From Chrysomallon squamiferum (taxonomy: Eukaryota; Animalia; Mollusca): 64,000 bases of DNA. The DNA lies in the NCBI GenBank assembly GCA_012295275.1, contig CM022678.1:19964001-20028000 (forward strand), read 5' to 3'. Below the pieces are notes generated by a model. It saw nothing but the letters and a program-made list of their open reading frames with translations, did not search any database and had not been told where the DNA came from. Each line of letters starts with the position of its first letter. Positions within the stretch are counted from its first letter, which is position 1. Both the position numbers and the translations under genes were made by a program. Shown piece by piece: positions 11,455 to 23,621 of this stretch.

Positions 11455-11592
11455 ATGGCGGATGAGGACCAGTCGGTTATTAGGTTGATGTTGCATATAA
11501 CTGGACAGTTAAACAGCATAAAAGAAGAACAGTGTATTATCAATGAGAGGCTAGAGAGAATAGAGAACAGGATTATGGGAAACGTTCAAAAG
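11455..11592 (+). CDS. Small uncharacterised protein, exon 1 (coiled-coil-like)
   Basis: Strong Kozak aagATGG; MADEDQSVIRLMLHITGQLNSIKEEQCIINERLERIENRIMGNVQK; AAG|gtaatt donor (phase 0). Confidence 0.7.
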
Positions 11593-11701
11593 GTAATTAA
11601 ATAAATAAAAAAAATAAAAATATAGAATAAGGAAATAAAACGGCGCCCTTCTAAGTTGAGCAGTTTAAATGAGCTTTTATGGAAATTATTATTATTATTA
11701 T

Positions 11702-11739
<38 letters not shown>

Positions 11740-11966
11740 ATACTATGATTATTATTATTAATGTTATTGTTGATTATTTGTCTGTTTTGACTGAACTGAA
11801 CTGATTTCTGTTGGAATCGACGGAATGGAATTTCTAAAATGATTTTTCTAAACTTTTTAACTGATTGGTTTCTAATAAATAAATAAAAGAACTCATTGAG
11901 TTTTTTGTTGTTGTTGTTGTTTTTATTTTTTTAATTAACATATAATTTATTTTATATCTGTTTTAG

Positions 11967-12077
11967 TTGGGTCTGTCATACCCTGGCTTTAACAAAGGTG
12001 TTCTGACTACAACCAAAGCTGGGTTACAAGAAAACCCTAAACTGACTCAGCTGTCAAACAGACTGCTGGAGTTCGAA
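11967..12077 (+). CDS. Small uncharacterised protein, exon 2
   Basis: ctgttttag| acceptor; open in phase 0, LGLSYPGFNKGVLTTTKAGLQENPKLTQLSNRLLEFE; GAA|gtgggt donor. Confidence 0.68.
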
Positions 12078-12514
12078 GTGGGTATTTTTTTAACCAGTTT
12101 AATGTATGCACATTAGACTGAGTGTCAGTTCTTTTCCCTGGAATCATGCATTATATATGTATTTTATACCTGCTTTTATAAATTATATAAAGTATAATTA
12201 ATTAACGTTTTAATTGCAATCTTAACCTAGCGCTTTAATAGATGACAATATATATATATATTTATTTCTTTACTGCAGTGGAATCTTTATATAATTCTGT
12301 CTTTCTCTCCATTTTTTTCTTGTTTCTTTTCATTTTTATTTCATTTATTTATTTATTTTTTGATTTATTTAATACTTTTTTCTTTCCCGCTTTTCTATTT
12401 TTTCTTCACACACACTCACACACACCCACACACAAATATTCACATAAAGTTTTATTTATATTTTTTTCGTTATCTACGGGTTTCTTCTTCTCTTTCTTTT
12501 TCTCTCGAGTTTAG

Positions 12515-12631
12515 CAAGAGAATAAACGAAGAAACAACTCTGAACGTCGTCGTCGTCCTGGTAACTACTTCACTACGACATACCAACACTACTTCAGTCC
12601 CAGAGACAGACAAGGTTTGATGTCAACATAA
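12515..12631 (+). CDS. Small uncharacterised protein, exon 3 (probably terminal)
   Basis: Long pyrimidine tract plus tttag| acceptor; phase 0, QENKRRNNSERRRRPGNYFTTTYQHYFSPRDRQGLMST then TAA. Confidence 0.62.
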   Translation, partial: QENKRRNNSERRRRPGNYFTTTYQHYFSPRDRQGLMST

Positions 12632-12957
12632 ACTTGTTTTCACATGACTTTCGTTAGTTTTCAAATCAACCATATATTTCGTCAGAAACTGATTACTATG
12701 AAATTGCGTTCCATCTGAAAAATTACTTTTTTTTTTATTTGCCTTATAATATTTTTTTTATTTGTTGGTAATTTTTATTATCTTGGCTAAATTATATCTT
12801 TGAATGGATGAAATGTCACTGTTTGTTTTGAAAATACCGACAAAACAGAGAAGCAAAATGGCGGTAGAGAACTGAAAACTGGGATGGATAATCTGTGACG
12901 TCAGTGAAAAAAAAAAAAAAAAAAAATCAAAATGTTATAGTTGTGGGATTGCTAAAA

Positions 12958-13017
<60 letters not shown>

Positions 13018-13541
13018 GATGTTGTTATTGTTGTTGTTGTTACTAATCAGTTTGCATTTTTTTTCCCTGAATATTTGGACAGCTAGAAAATTAAACAGTT
13101 ATTATCGTTGTTGTTGTTGATGATGTTGGATCAGCGATTGCTCAGAAGGATATTGTGGTTGCAATGGCTGGCTTATGTCGTCACTGTTGTGGATCACTAA
13201 TTATAGTTATTACTGTTGTCACTGTAGTATCATTGGATTTTACTTTGGACATATTTTTACATATTTCAGGTGTTCAGTTTGAAACTTTTTTACGGGTGTA
13301 ATTATTTTTTGAATTATTAATTATCGTTTCAGGAAACCTTTTGACATTTTGAAGAATATAACAGAAGACTAAAAACAAAACAAACAAGTTGAAAACAAGT
13401 CTAGCTGGAACTAATTATCAATAAGATACGAATTTTCGAACGAATCAAAAAATATATATATAATAGATTGTTAATTAATTAATAAACAGGATTAGAACAA
13501 TAAGTATCGATATAGTTATTTGATTTGATATTTTTTATATC

Positions 13542-13545
<4 letters not shown>

Positions 13546-13629
<84 letters not shown>
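13546..13629. repeat. (AG)n microsatellite, representative (others at ~2672, 15455, 15965, 47719, 48932, 52814)
   Basis: Pure dinucleotide runs, directly visible. Confidence 0.98.
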
Positions 13630-13631
<2 letters not shown>

Positions 13632-14656
13632 CACGATTATTACGTGTGTACGAAAACAGATGAACGATGAAGATGACTGTTAAAAGGAAATTATTTTATC
13701 AGAAAGATAAAGTCAACTCTATTTACTATAATTATTCCATCAGGTTTTACTGATTCAACGACTCGTTAATTAATTAATAGAATTTTATTTGAATATAACA
13801 TTATACTGTTTATAAGGTTTAAAACTGTACTATTTTACTCCTGAAACCAAAAATAACGATCACCTCTAATAAGGGACATCACTCTGTTACCTATTACAGT
13901 GATGTATATTTTAATACTTAATGTTACTGGTTTATTTCAGTAATGAAGTTAATGTCTTTTAACCAAAAATGAAATACCGGGTGATTATTCCTCTAAACCG
14001 AATTTCACAATTCCGAAATATTTTGAGAGCAGTCGAAATAGTGTTATATTACACTTTTCGGATGATTTAGCATTCAGAAACTTTATTTCACGAACGAAAT
14101 TATTAAAAATATTTTTAAAAAAACAAACAAAAAATAACACGTCCTTCTGCCTACCTGCATAAATGAAACATTTGAAACATAACTGGAACTGGTTTTTCCT
14201 TTCTGTTCCCCTAATCTAAAAGGGAAAATTCTGAAATGAAATCACTTCCGAACATAAAATTCCGGAATAGGGATTCTGTCTTTATTTCCTTTCCGCTCAG
14301 ATCCTCAAAACGTTTGTTATCTATCCCCAATCAGTCAGGAGCATATATTTTATATTTTGTATAATTTAACTTCTTCTAAGTAATTTTAAAAATCAAATTA
14401 GCGATAAACGAAATGATTTCCCCCCCCACACACCCTTTCCATATTGAATATTCAATTGTTATGTGTACGTGTGCAGGAGTATTGTGTGTCAGTTTGAGTG
14501 CGAGGGTTCCTATTCCAGCACCGGCTGAAAAAAACACCTGTTGTACTTCGACTTAAATTTGGTGATTTTTATCGTCTGCTCCAAACAATTCTTCGCCCAT
14601 AATTATAAATCAAAATGCATGACATGGGAGATAACTCCAGTTTCATAGTCGTAAAA

Positions 14657-14702
<46 letters not shown>

Positions 14703-15148
14703 AACGAAACTAAATTTCTATCGCCTGTTACAACACTAAATGAGTAACGCGACTGATTATGAACTGAGGTTCAGGGAAGCCTGTTTACGACAAAACGTTG
14801 TTAAGGACAGTCACCTTTGTGCGTAAGCAGACGAGCAACGCAACCTAATTTTTTGTCCATTTGACCGGACAAAATTCGTCTAGCAAAGAAAGCTATGTCT
14901 GTTAGACATTCTTTGTCCGTCCGCAGTAGACCAGATTATCTGTCACATCAAACTGTCATTGTACGATTATGCAGTAACGGCCAGGGCGGGTTCTTTCGCA
15001 AGACGCATGTGTTAATTCGCAGGCAAAAGACCCAATCCAGTGAATTGAGGCGAAAACGCCAACAAAAAACACGTTATCGTTGCTTTTACATGTTCGTAGT
15101 AACAACAGGAGGATGACAACATACGTTAGTTTGCTGTGCGCAAGATGG

Positions 15149-15190
<42 letters not shown>

Positions 15191-15413
15191 TTTATTTATT
15201 TTTTTTTATTTATTTTTTATAATTATTATTATGATTTTTTTTTTTTTTTTTAACAAGCTTTTTCTCACTCGCTTTTTTTCTTTGATTTACCTTTCATAAC
15301 ACATTGGGTTATATGACTTTATAAATATTTTCTAACATTATCTTCAGTATTATCTATATTCTAGCTATTTTCTTTCTTTTATGTGTTTTATATTGATATG
15401 ATATTTAATATAC

Positions 15414-15530
<117 letters not shown>

Positions 15531-15962
15531 TTTTTTTTTATCATCTTTTCTCATATTTGAATGTGATGTGTCCGACAGTGGCCACAACAGACCAAATTAT
15601 GTAATCGCCCATCGCTGGGATAAATGGTATCACGTTACGTACAGCAATCAACCCGATACAACCGAGGTGCACCGAGTCAGACGTGCGCTGTGCTAGTTTC
15701 TGTAATCTGTCGCACCGCTCATACCCGAGTTGGTAGATGACGGCGTTCTAACATGCAAGCCAGTGCAAACAGTTAGACAGCATGTCGTTCTTATGAATGA
15801 AGAGGACGGGGTTGGGTGTAGAGTGAGAATAAGAGAAGAAAAAGAACGAAAAAAAAAAAAAAAAGTTGTGGTAAAAAAAAGAAATAAAAAAGGGAAAAAC
15901 AACATTAAAGAAATGGGCAGATGGAAAGGAGACAGGATGAAACAGATTTGTATGTCTGTTGT

Positions 15963-16048
<86 letters not shown>

Positions 16049-17185
16049 TCTGTCTACTCCCTATTTATATATATATAGAGAGAAAATAATTATATCTATA
16101 TATAGATAGATAGATAGAGAGATAGATACAGATATAGATATAATATAATATAATATAATATAATATAATATAATATAATATAATATAATATAATATATAA
16201 ATGTATTGGCAAGCCAGGTAATATTAATCTAACATGCCTAACACACGTGAGATATCATTGTATCGAGCAGTCCGCTAACACAACTGACTGGAATAACTTG
16301 GCAAACAGAATGCAGAGAATAGAGATATTGATAATAGGGTAATGACGAAAACTGACGATTCGAGGCAGACACGATCAATAAACAGTTTTAATAAATAGCG
16401 ACAATAATCTATTATTGAAACAGAAATGATCAAATGTTGGCGACATCTCATTTATTTGCATTTTAATCTGTGAAAACTGATAAGTTTACAAAGTTACTCC
16501 GTAATCTTAGAATGAATCAATGTCACGTGACGTCGCTGATATAAATTTAGGAATGATATTTTCGAGCCATGTTTTTAAATCGATCAGAATAAATAAACTT
16601 TTTTTTTTTTTTTTAAATGAAATAAATACAAACTACAACTGCTGCTGCTACTATTACCACTACGACTACTATTATTTTTACTACTACTACTTCTTCACTT
16701 CTTCTACTACTACTACTACTTCTTCACTTCTTCTACTACTACTAATACCACAATCATTGTTGCTGATCCAACTACTATTTTATATATACAATTAATATTA
16801 ACACAACCACTAAACAATAATGCTAAGTATTATTGATAATATTATATCACAACGATAATATTATGATTACGATGACGATAACAACGACGATAATGACGAC
16901 CAAACAATATCAAAACAGTGAGTATAACAACGTCAACGTCAATGATAACACCAACACATTAAATCAGCTTTATCCGTTACATATCAGCATTAGGCTTCAA
17001 GTTTCATTAAGCGTTTCTTTTATCAGCTGAAATCATTACTAAGAGTTAAGTAGGAGACCACACGTGATATCTGTAAATATATAGTTAGTCATTTCCTGTC
17101 ATAGGATATCACTGAAGATAACGACACTAAGTATTACATCATGTTTTTTGTTATATCGTACACACACATACATAACCATACACCC

Positions 17186-17217
<32 letters not shown>

Positions 17218-17501
17218 GATAGATACATAATGCAAACAAACACATGTCAATATAATTTACACTAGTTGATATATGCATAACATGTAGGTATGGACAATTA
17301 ATATACATAATTGAAAATAATAAATATATATATACATATGTACTTTAGATAAACATAGCATTCGGCTACAGAAACAAATATATTACTTATATATATTCAT
17401 CGTACATATATAACAGAATTTTATATATATAAACATCCCATATAGAAACATACATTACACATACTCATTATTGTTTCACACGGATGTAATTATATGTGTG
17501 C

Positions 17502-17543
<42 letters not shown>

Positions 17544-17593
17544 CTATGTAAAACGTTCATTATACATAAATAGTAGTAACGGTAGTAGTAGTA

Positions 17594-17629
<36 letters not shown>

Positions 17630-17716
17630 TAATAAAACGAAGAACTATACACCTGTAGATATGTTACACATTTATAATACACCAGTACACTTAACAAATA
17701 TACATATACACATGTA

Positions 17717-17747
<31 letters not shown>

Positions 17748-18705
17748 CATACATAATAGACAGTCACGTATGCACACCTCTACTACACTCACACTAACAA
17801 CTAAAATATACATACACAGGAAGGAAAAATTACACAGATGTAAATCAAAACACGAACATTCGTACAAACTCATAGCCCTTTATTTAATTATCGTGCAGTT
17901 TTTTTATAAAATAAAATTCTATATTCACACGAATCCACAAAACTGGAATATCATGCATATTTCGCACACATTTCTCTCACTTTAACACACACTCATTTGA
18001 ATACAGCAACAGATTCATACACGTGTGCTACAACGTGGACACAGATTCTACACGCAAACTAATCAGGAAACTTTGGAGCATGTCACAAAAAACTTAATAT
18101 TAGTGATCAGAAACAGACGTAGCTGAACGAAGATTTTATTCATTAATTCACGAGGCTCGTGTATTATTTTACAGAGTTACAAACTGATAAAGGCAGAAAT
18201 AATGAGACCTTTCAAATTCTGCATGAAAGAATAGAAAAATATCACGCAGTATTTTTAAAACTAAATATTTATGTACGTGTTTGAGTCTGACTGTCTGTCT
18301 GTGTTTAGATATTAGTGTTTCGATCTCGTTATGTGGTTTTGATTAGAGTCTGTCTGCATGTAGGACAGTGTGCCGTAATTCACTGGCACAGCAGAACAGT
18401 GTCGTAGAACAGTGTCTCAGAACAGTGTCCAGTGATCGCCTCGTAACTGTCACATGTTCTGTCGAGATTTGAACCCGTGGCACTCAGTCGGCCGTTCAGT
18501 TACCGGGACAGTCATTAAAAACAACATCTTCTGTTTGTCTGTCCATCTGTGCGTTCGTGTGTGTGTGCGGGTTTGTTTGTTTTAGGATTTGAATATTCTC
18601 TGATTACGTACGTCTGATTAGACTCTGCTCAGAGACAATTTTCGGAAACGTACTGACTCAGGAAGACAAAGTCCAATCATGACCTAACAAACCACGTGTG
18701 CATGA

Positions 18706-18764
<59 letters not shown>

Positions 18765-18986
18765 ATCACTACTTATGTATGTATTTTGTTTGTAAATGTT
18801 TAGGTAGTGTATCATGTCAGTGTATGTATGCATATATGTATATGTTTTGCATGTGTATAGTATAAAAATTAAAAAAAAGAAAAAGAAAAAAGAATTATAA
18901 TGAAATAAAGTAAATAAATTGAAAAATGAAGCAATAATATGCATGTATATATCTGCATCTATAATCTAAATCTATATTCTATCTAT

Positions 18987-19032
<46 letters not shown>

Positions 19033-20072
19033 GAAATGTATATAGAAACGTATTTTCACATTTCCATTTGAAATATGTTGACTCGACACGTATTCTTCTT
19101 TCTTTACTAAATTAAATAATGTTTATTTTAATTACTGTTCCAGCTCGGCGAAACACGAACGGCATCAACAATACTCAGTATTTATGAGAATCTAACGTTC
19201 AAATGACACTGAAGGCCACACAAAGTTGTGATTATGTTTAACAAGCACCACGGTATCAGGTCATCCGTTTATCACAGACGTCTGCTTATTATTATTATTC
19301 ATGAAGTATTCCGAAATGTGACACTCCCTTTTATGGATGGGTTAATTTGTTTGGTCTTGTTAATGTGGTGTGGTTTTTTAGCAGGCACTCCTAGTGCCGA
19401 CTGAGTGTCACCTGATCCGAGCCTAGACAAAACAGTATTAAACTACAGAGAATAAAATAAAATAAAATAAAATAAAATACTACCACTGCTACCGCTATAA
19501 TCATTTATTTTATTTTATTTTAATCTCTATCGTTTATAGGGAATAAAAAAAATAAACTGAAACAAGAATTATATTTGCAGTAGTAATAGTAGTTCTCGTA
19601 TTGGAAGTAAACTAGTCGAAACAGTGGTAATAGAAGTACTAGTAGTAGTTATAGTACTAAAAGTAGCGGTAGTAGTAGTAGAAGTAGTAATAATAGCAGA
19701 AGTATTTGCAGAGGCACTATTGGTGGTAGTAGCAGCAGTTGTAGTAGCAGCAGTTGTAGTAGCAGCAGTTGTAGTAGCAGTAGTAACAATAGGGTGGTAG
19801 CAGTACTAGCAGAAAAACGTAGAATGGGATTGTAATGTGCTTTGACTAAACAATGTTAAAACTAATGATATCAAGAATACTGTTTAAATATATTATTAAT
19901 AATAGCTGCATTAAATAAACTTTTATTTTAGCATTCAAAACTGATTCAATTATTTATTTATTTATTTATAATGGGATATCTTGATATCTTACTGGATATC
20001 CACGTTCATATTGTTTATTAATAATTTACAAGTACAAAAAATTGTAATAAGTAATCTACATTTATTTTATTT

Positions 20073-20112
<40 letters not shown>

Positions 20113-20574
20113 AATAAATAAAAATTAATAAATAATTAAATAATATAAATTTTTGAAAATAAATAATATTAATAATTATTATAATAATAAAAGAAAATGA
20201 AAAATTCAATAAAAATATAAACAGGTAAATTAATATATTAACATGCACACAAAATAAATAAATAAATAATAATAATAATAATAAAAAATGATAAAATGAA
20301 AACTACCATAACAACAAAATAAACGAAACAAATACAAGAAAAATAAAACAAAAAAAGAAAAGGAATAGAAAAATTCGTAATATAATTATTATAATTTTAT
20401 TATATAATTTTTTTTTCATTATGTTTATTATTATTTAAATTTTTAACAATTTTTTTTTTTTTTTCATTTTAGTTTCCATGTACTACGAGAATAACGTTTG
20501 TCATTATCTTAACATTTGAATGTGAAATAATTGTAAATGAAATTATTTCCCGTATACCGATACCATGAGAAAAA

Positions 20575-20645
20575 GCCGTGACGCTATTGGTTGTTATATA
20601 ATGGCCTAAAACCATTCATGTCCTGTTGTGTGACGTCACGCCATA
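20575..20645. promoter_or_regulatory. Candidate EXT1 promoter elements (inverted CCAAT and CRE palindrome)
   Basis: ATTGG at 20586-20590 and GTGACGTCAC at 20630-20639, in an island between very AT-rich tracts, 0.85 kb upstream of the ATG. Confidence 0.45.
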
Positions 20646-21482
20646 AATGTCATCCGTATCTGGTGGATCATATTTATGTTTTATTTCATAGATTATTATT
20701 TAAAAACTAAAAAATATTGAAAATAATTTCAATACATACATAGAAATTTTATTTATTAAAATTCCATCTGTAAATTAAAACTTTTTCTGTCGAAATCAAA
20801 ACTTTTGAACAACACGATCCCCGATTAGAAACAGATTTTACGAAAGTGTGATCTTGCGGTGATTCCCACCAGTGAATGAAAGATAAAAATGACCCGGTGT
20901 AGACTCAAATAGTTCCGGCTAACAAAATATACTCGACTTGTATGATGATGTAACAAAATTACATACAACATTTTTCTGCAGTGCATTTGCAGGAATTCAG
21001 TAATATTCTGAACATGTAAATAAATAAATTTATAAATTCGTCTAAATGTCAGCAGATACATAAATGCGTTTCAAGCAGAAAAACAAATATATAGAAGTTA
21101 TAGTTATTCTGCAACTAATATAATACTTATTATTATTATTATTATTATTATTTTTAATTATTTTCTATTTTAAAACTTCTATTAGTGTTTTTATCAATAT
21201 ATATGTATTCTTAAATCTTTTTTAAATTGAAAATAACAAATATTTTAAATTTAAGTAAACATATTAATAAATGTCAGCATTTTGCTATAGCCTTTATGAC
21301 GTGTAACCCGGATCAACTTAACACAGGCTGCAAATATGTTATGCACCTGCTCTTGAACAAAGATGGCGACATGAAGTGTTTGTGTTATAAAGCGATGATA
21401 GAGTTTCCGGGATTTTCTCCGGGTTTAGGGGTGCAGTCAAAGAGCAGAATGACACAAAGCTGTCGGTGATTATCAATGTTCG

Positions 21483-22378
21483 ATGCAGGCCATAAAGCGG
21501 TACATTCTGGTGTCCATCTGCGGAATATTAATCCTCATCGGTTACCTACGGTTCTTTCATAGACACCAGCATGCTTTCCCATTGGGCACCAGAAGCGAAC
21601 GACAGGTCTTCCTCAGTTCTGCCGAGTTCGAAAGTTTTTCCGAGGATTATATTTTATCACCAAGAAACAGGAGGGAGACGACATCACAGAACAAAAAATC
21701 GCGATGTCGAATGGAGACGTGTTTTGATTTTAGCTTGTGTAAAAAAGGATTTAAAGTTTTCGTTTATCCGCGAGATAACGCGCTCCATGTTTCCACAACG
21801 TACTCTAAAATACTTACATCGTTCCAGGAGTCGAGATATTACACCTCGGACCCCAGCGAGGCCTGCATATTTATTCCCTCAGTAGATACACTGGATCAAG
21901 ATGTTTTGAGTCAGGATTATATTCTAGATGTACAAACTAAACTTCATAATCTGCCATATTGGAATAATGGCAAAAATCACATAATATTTAACATGTATTC
22001 TGGGACGTGGCCAGACTATATAGAAACCATTGGCTTTGATATTGGAGAAGCAATGTTAGCAAAAGCTAGTTTTTCTATTGGGCGATACAGACCAGGTTTT
22101 GATATTTCTTTCCCACTGTTTGCCAAAGATCACCCCCAAAAAGGTGGCGAAAGGGGCTACTTAACTTATTCTTCAAATAATATACCATCCTCCAGACACT
22201 ACTTACTTGCTTTTAAAGGTAAACGCTATTTGACAGGAATAGGTTCAGAGACCAGGAATTCCTTGTATCATATTCACAATTCTAAGGATATTGTTTTGTT
22301 GACTACCTGTAAACACGGAAAAGGCTGGCAAAAGAAAAAAGATGTAAGATGTGAAAAGGATAATGCTGAATTTGACAA
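21483..22378 (+). CDS. EXT1: Exostosin-1 (EXT1/tout-velu, heparan sulfate copolymerase, GT47 domain), first coding exon
   Basis: Starts MQAIKRY plus a signal-anchor TM segment (human MQAKKRY); motifs CRMETCFDFSLC, SRYYTSDPSEACIF, WNNGKNHIIFNMYSGTWPDY, FKGKRYLTGIGSETRNSLYHIHN, LLTTCKHGK; phase-2 donor GAC AA|gtaaga. Confidence 0.97.
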
Positions 22379-23472
22379 GTAAGACATTTTCTAAACAAAA
22401 TACATGCTTTTTTTTTATTACTGTATATATATATATATATATATCATGTATATAATGTATATAATATATATCATGTCTGTTATTTTTTAGCTTTAGTCCA
22501 ATAATAATATTGGAAAATTAATCCTGTTTTCACCTGCTTTTGAAAATAACCTGCAAGTCAAATTCTAAGAAGAAAAAAATTAAAAAGTGGTTATCTACCA
22601 GTTAAGCATTAGTGTGTGTGATATAATTTACTAGTTTTTCTAGATAAAATGTGGAAAACAATATATAGGATTTTCAAAACCAGGCAGAATGTTTTTTTTC
22701 AATTAACTCTTTATTATTTTACTAGTATTAAAATAAAAACTTTTTTAATGTAACAAAATGTTTGTGTGTATATAGAACGTACTAAGGTAAGTGAAAATAT
22801 GGAACATTTTATCTGTTAAAATGTCTTTAATGTACTGTCTGTTGCTGTCATATAGATAAACAGAAAAATATGAAATATTTGTGACTAGTATCTTTATTAT
22901 GTTTATCTATCTATATATATATCATGTCTATTTAACAATATATATAAAAACATACCTATATATATATATATAAAACATAAAAGACTTTTTTTTAAATATC
23001 TATAATGTATTGGTACCACTATATTAGCTTATTTAGTTATTGTATCAAGAAAAAATATGAAACATTTGTAGCTACTAAAGTGTCTTGTTTAACTGTACTG
23101 AAGGGAAATATGAAATAACTGTAACTATTACTAAAACGTCATGATAATTGTACAGCAGATAAATATAAAATATATAAAAAAAATATTTGTATCAATTAAA
23201 GGGCCTGTGTAATTGTACCGGTTGTAGCAGTTGCCACATATGACCCAGTGATCTCCATTACTGTGTAATAATATGCGACTGAGCAGTCAATTGAGCATGG
23301 CGGTGTAGCAGCTGTAGTTTCACAGCAGCGTGGTGCATAATTGTGTTTATGATTACCTTTACACAATCAAGTCATTATTTAACACCTTCAGTAAATATGA
23401 GAAATAAATAAATACATTTATATGTATATGTATATGTGTGTGAGTGTATGTGTATATATATATATTATGAAA

Positions 23473-23621
23473 GATGGAGAGATGGACACAGTGGGTGCAT
23501 TTGACTTAAAAGCAACAGCAGTTTAATGATTGATATATTTATTAAAATTTATAATAGATATTTTGTAACAGTAAACAGTGATTATAGCAGAAGGGCATAG
23601 ATGTATTTGATAACCATATCA
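23473..23621 (+). repeat. ~150-bp dispersed direct repeat, copy 1
   Basis: Shares cagtgggtgcatttgac, ttttgtaacagtaaacagtgatt and tttgataaccata with 30796-30948. Confidence 0.85.

Noticed and set aside
18455-18520. tRNA gene
   Set aside because: B-box-like motif only; no convincing A-box, acceptor stem or cloverleaf.
21571-21885. 104-aa alternative-frame ORF inside EXT1 exon 1
   Set aside because: No features, and expected by chance in the GC-richer part of a coding exon.
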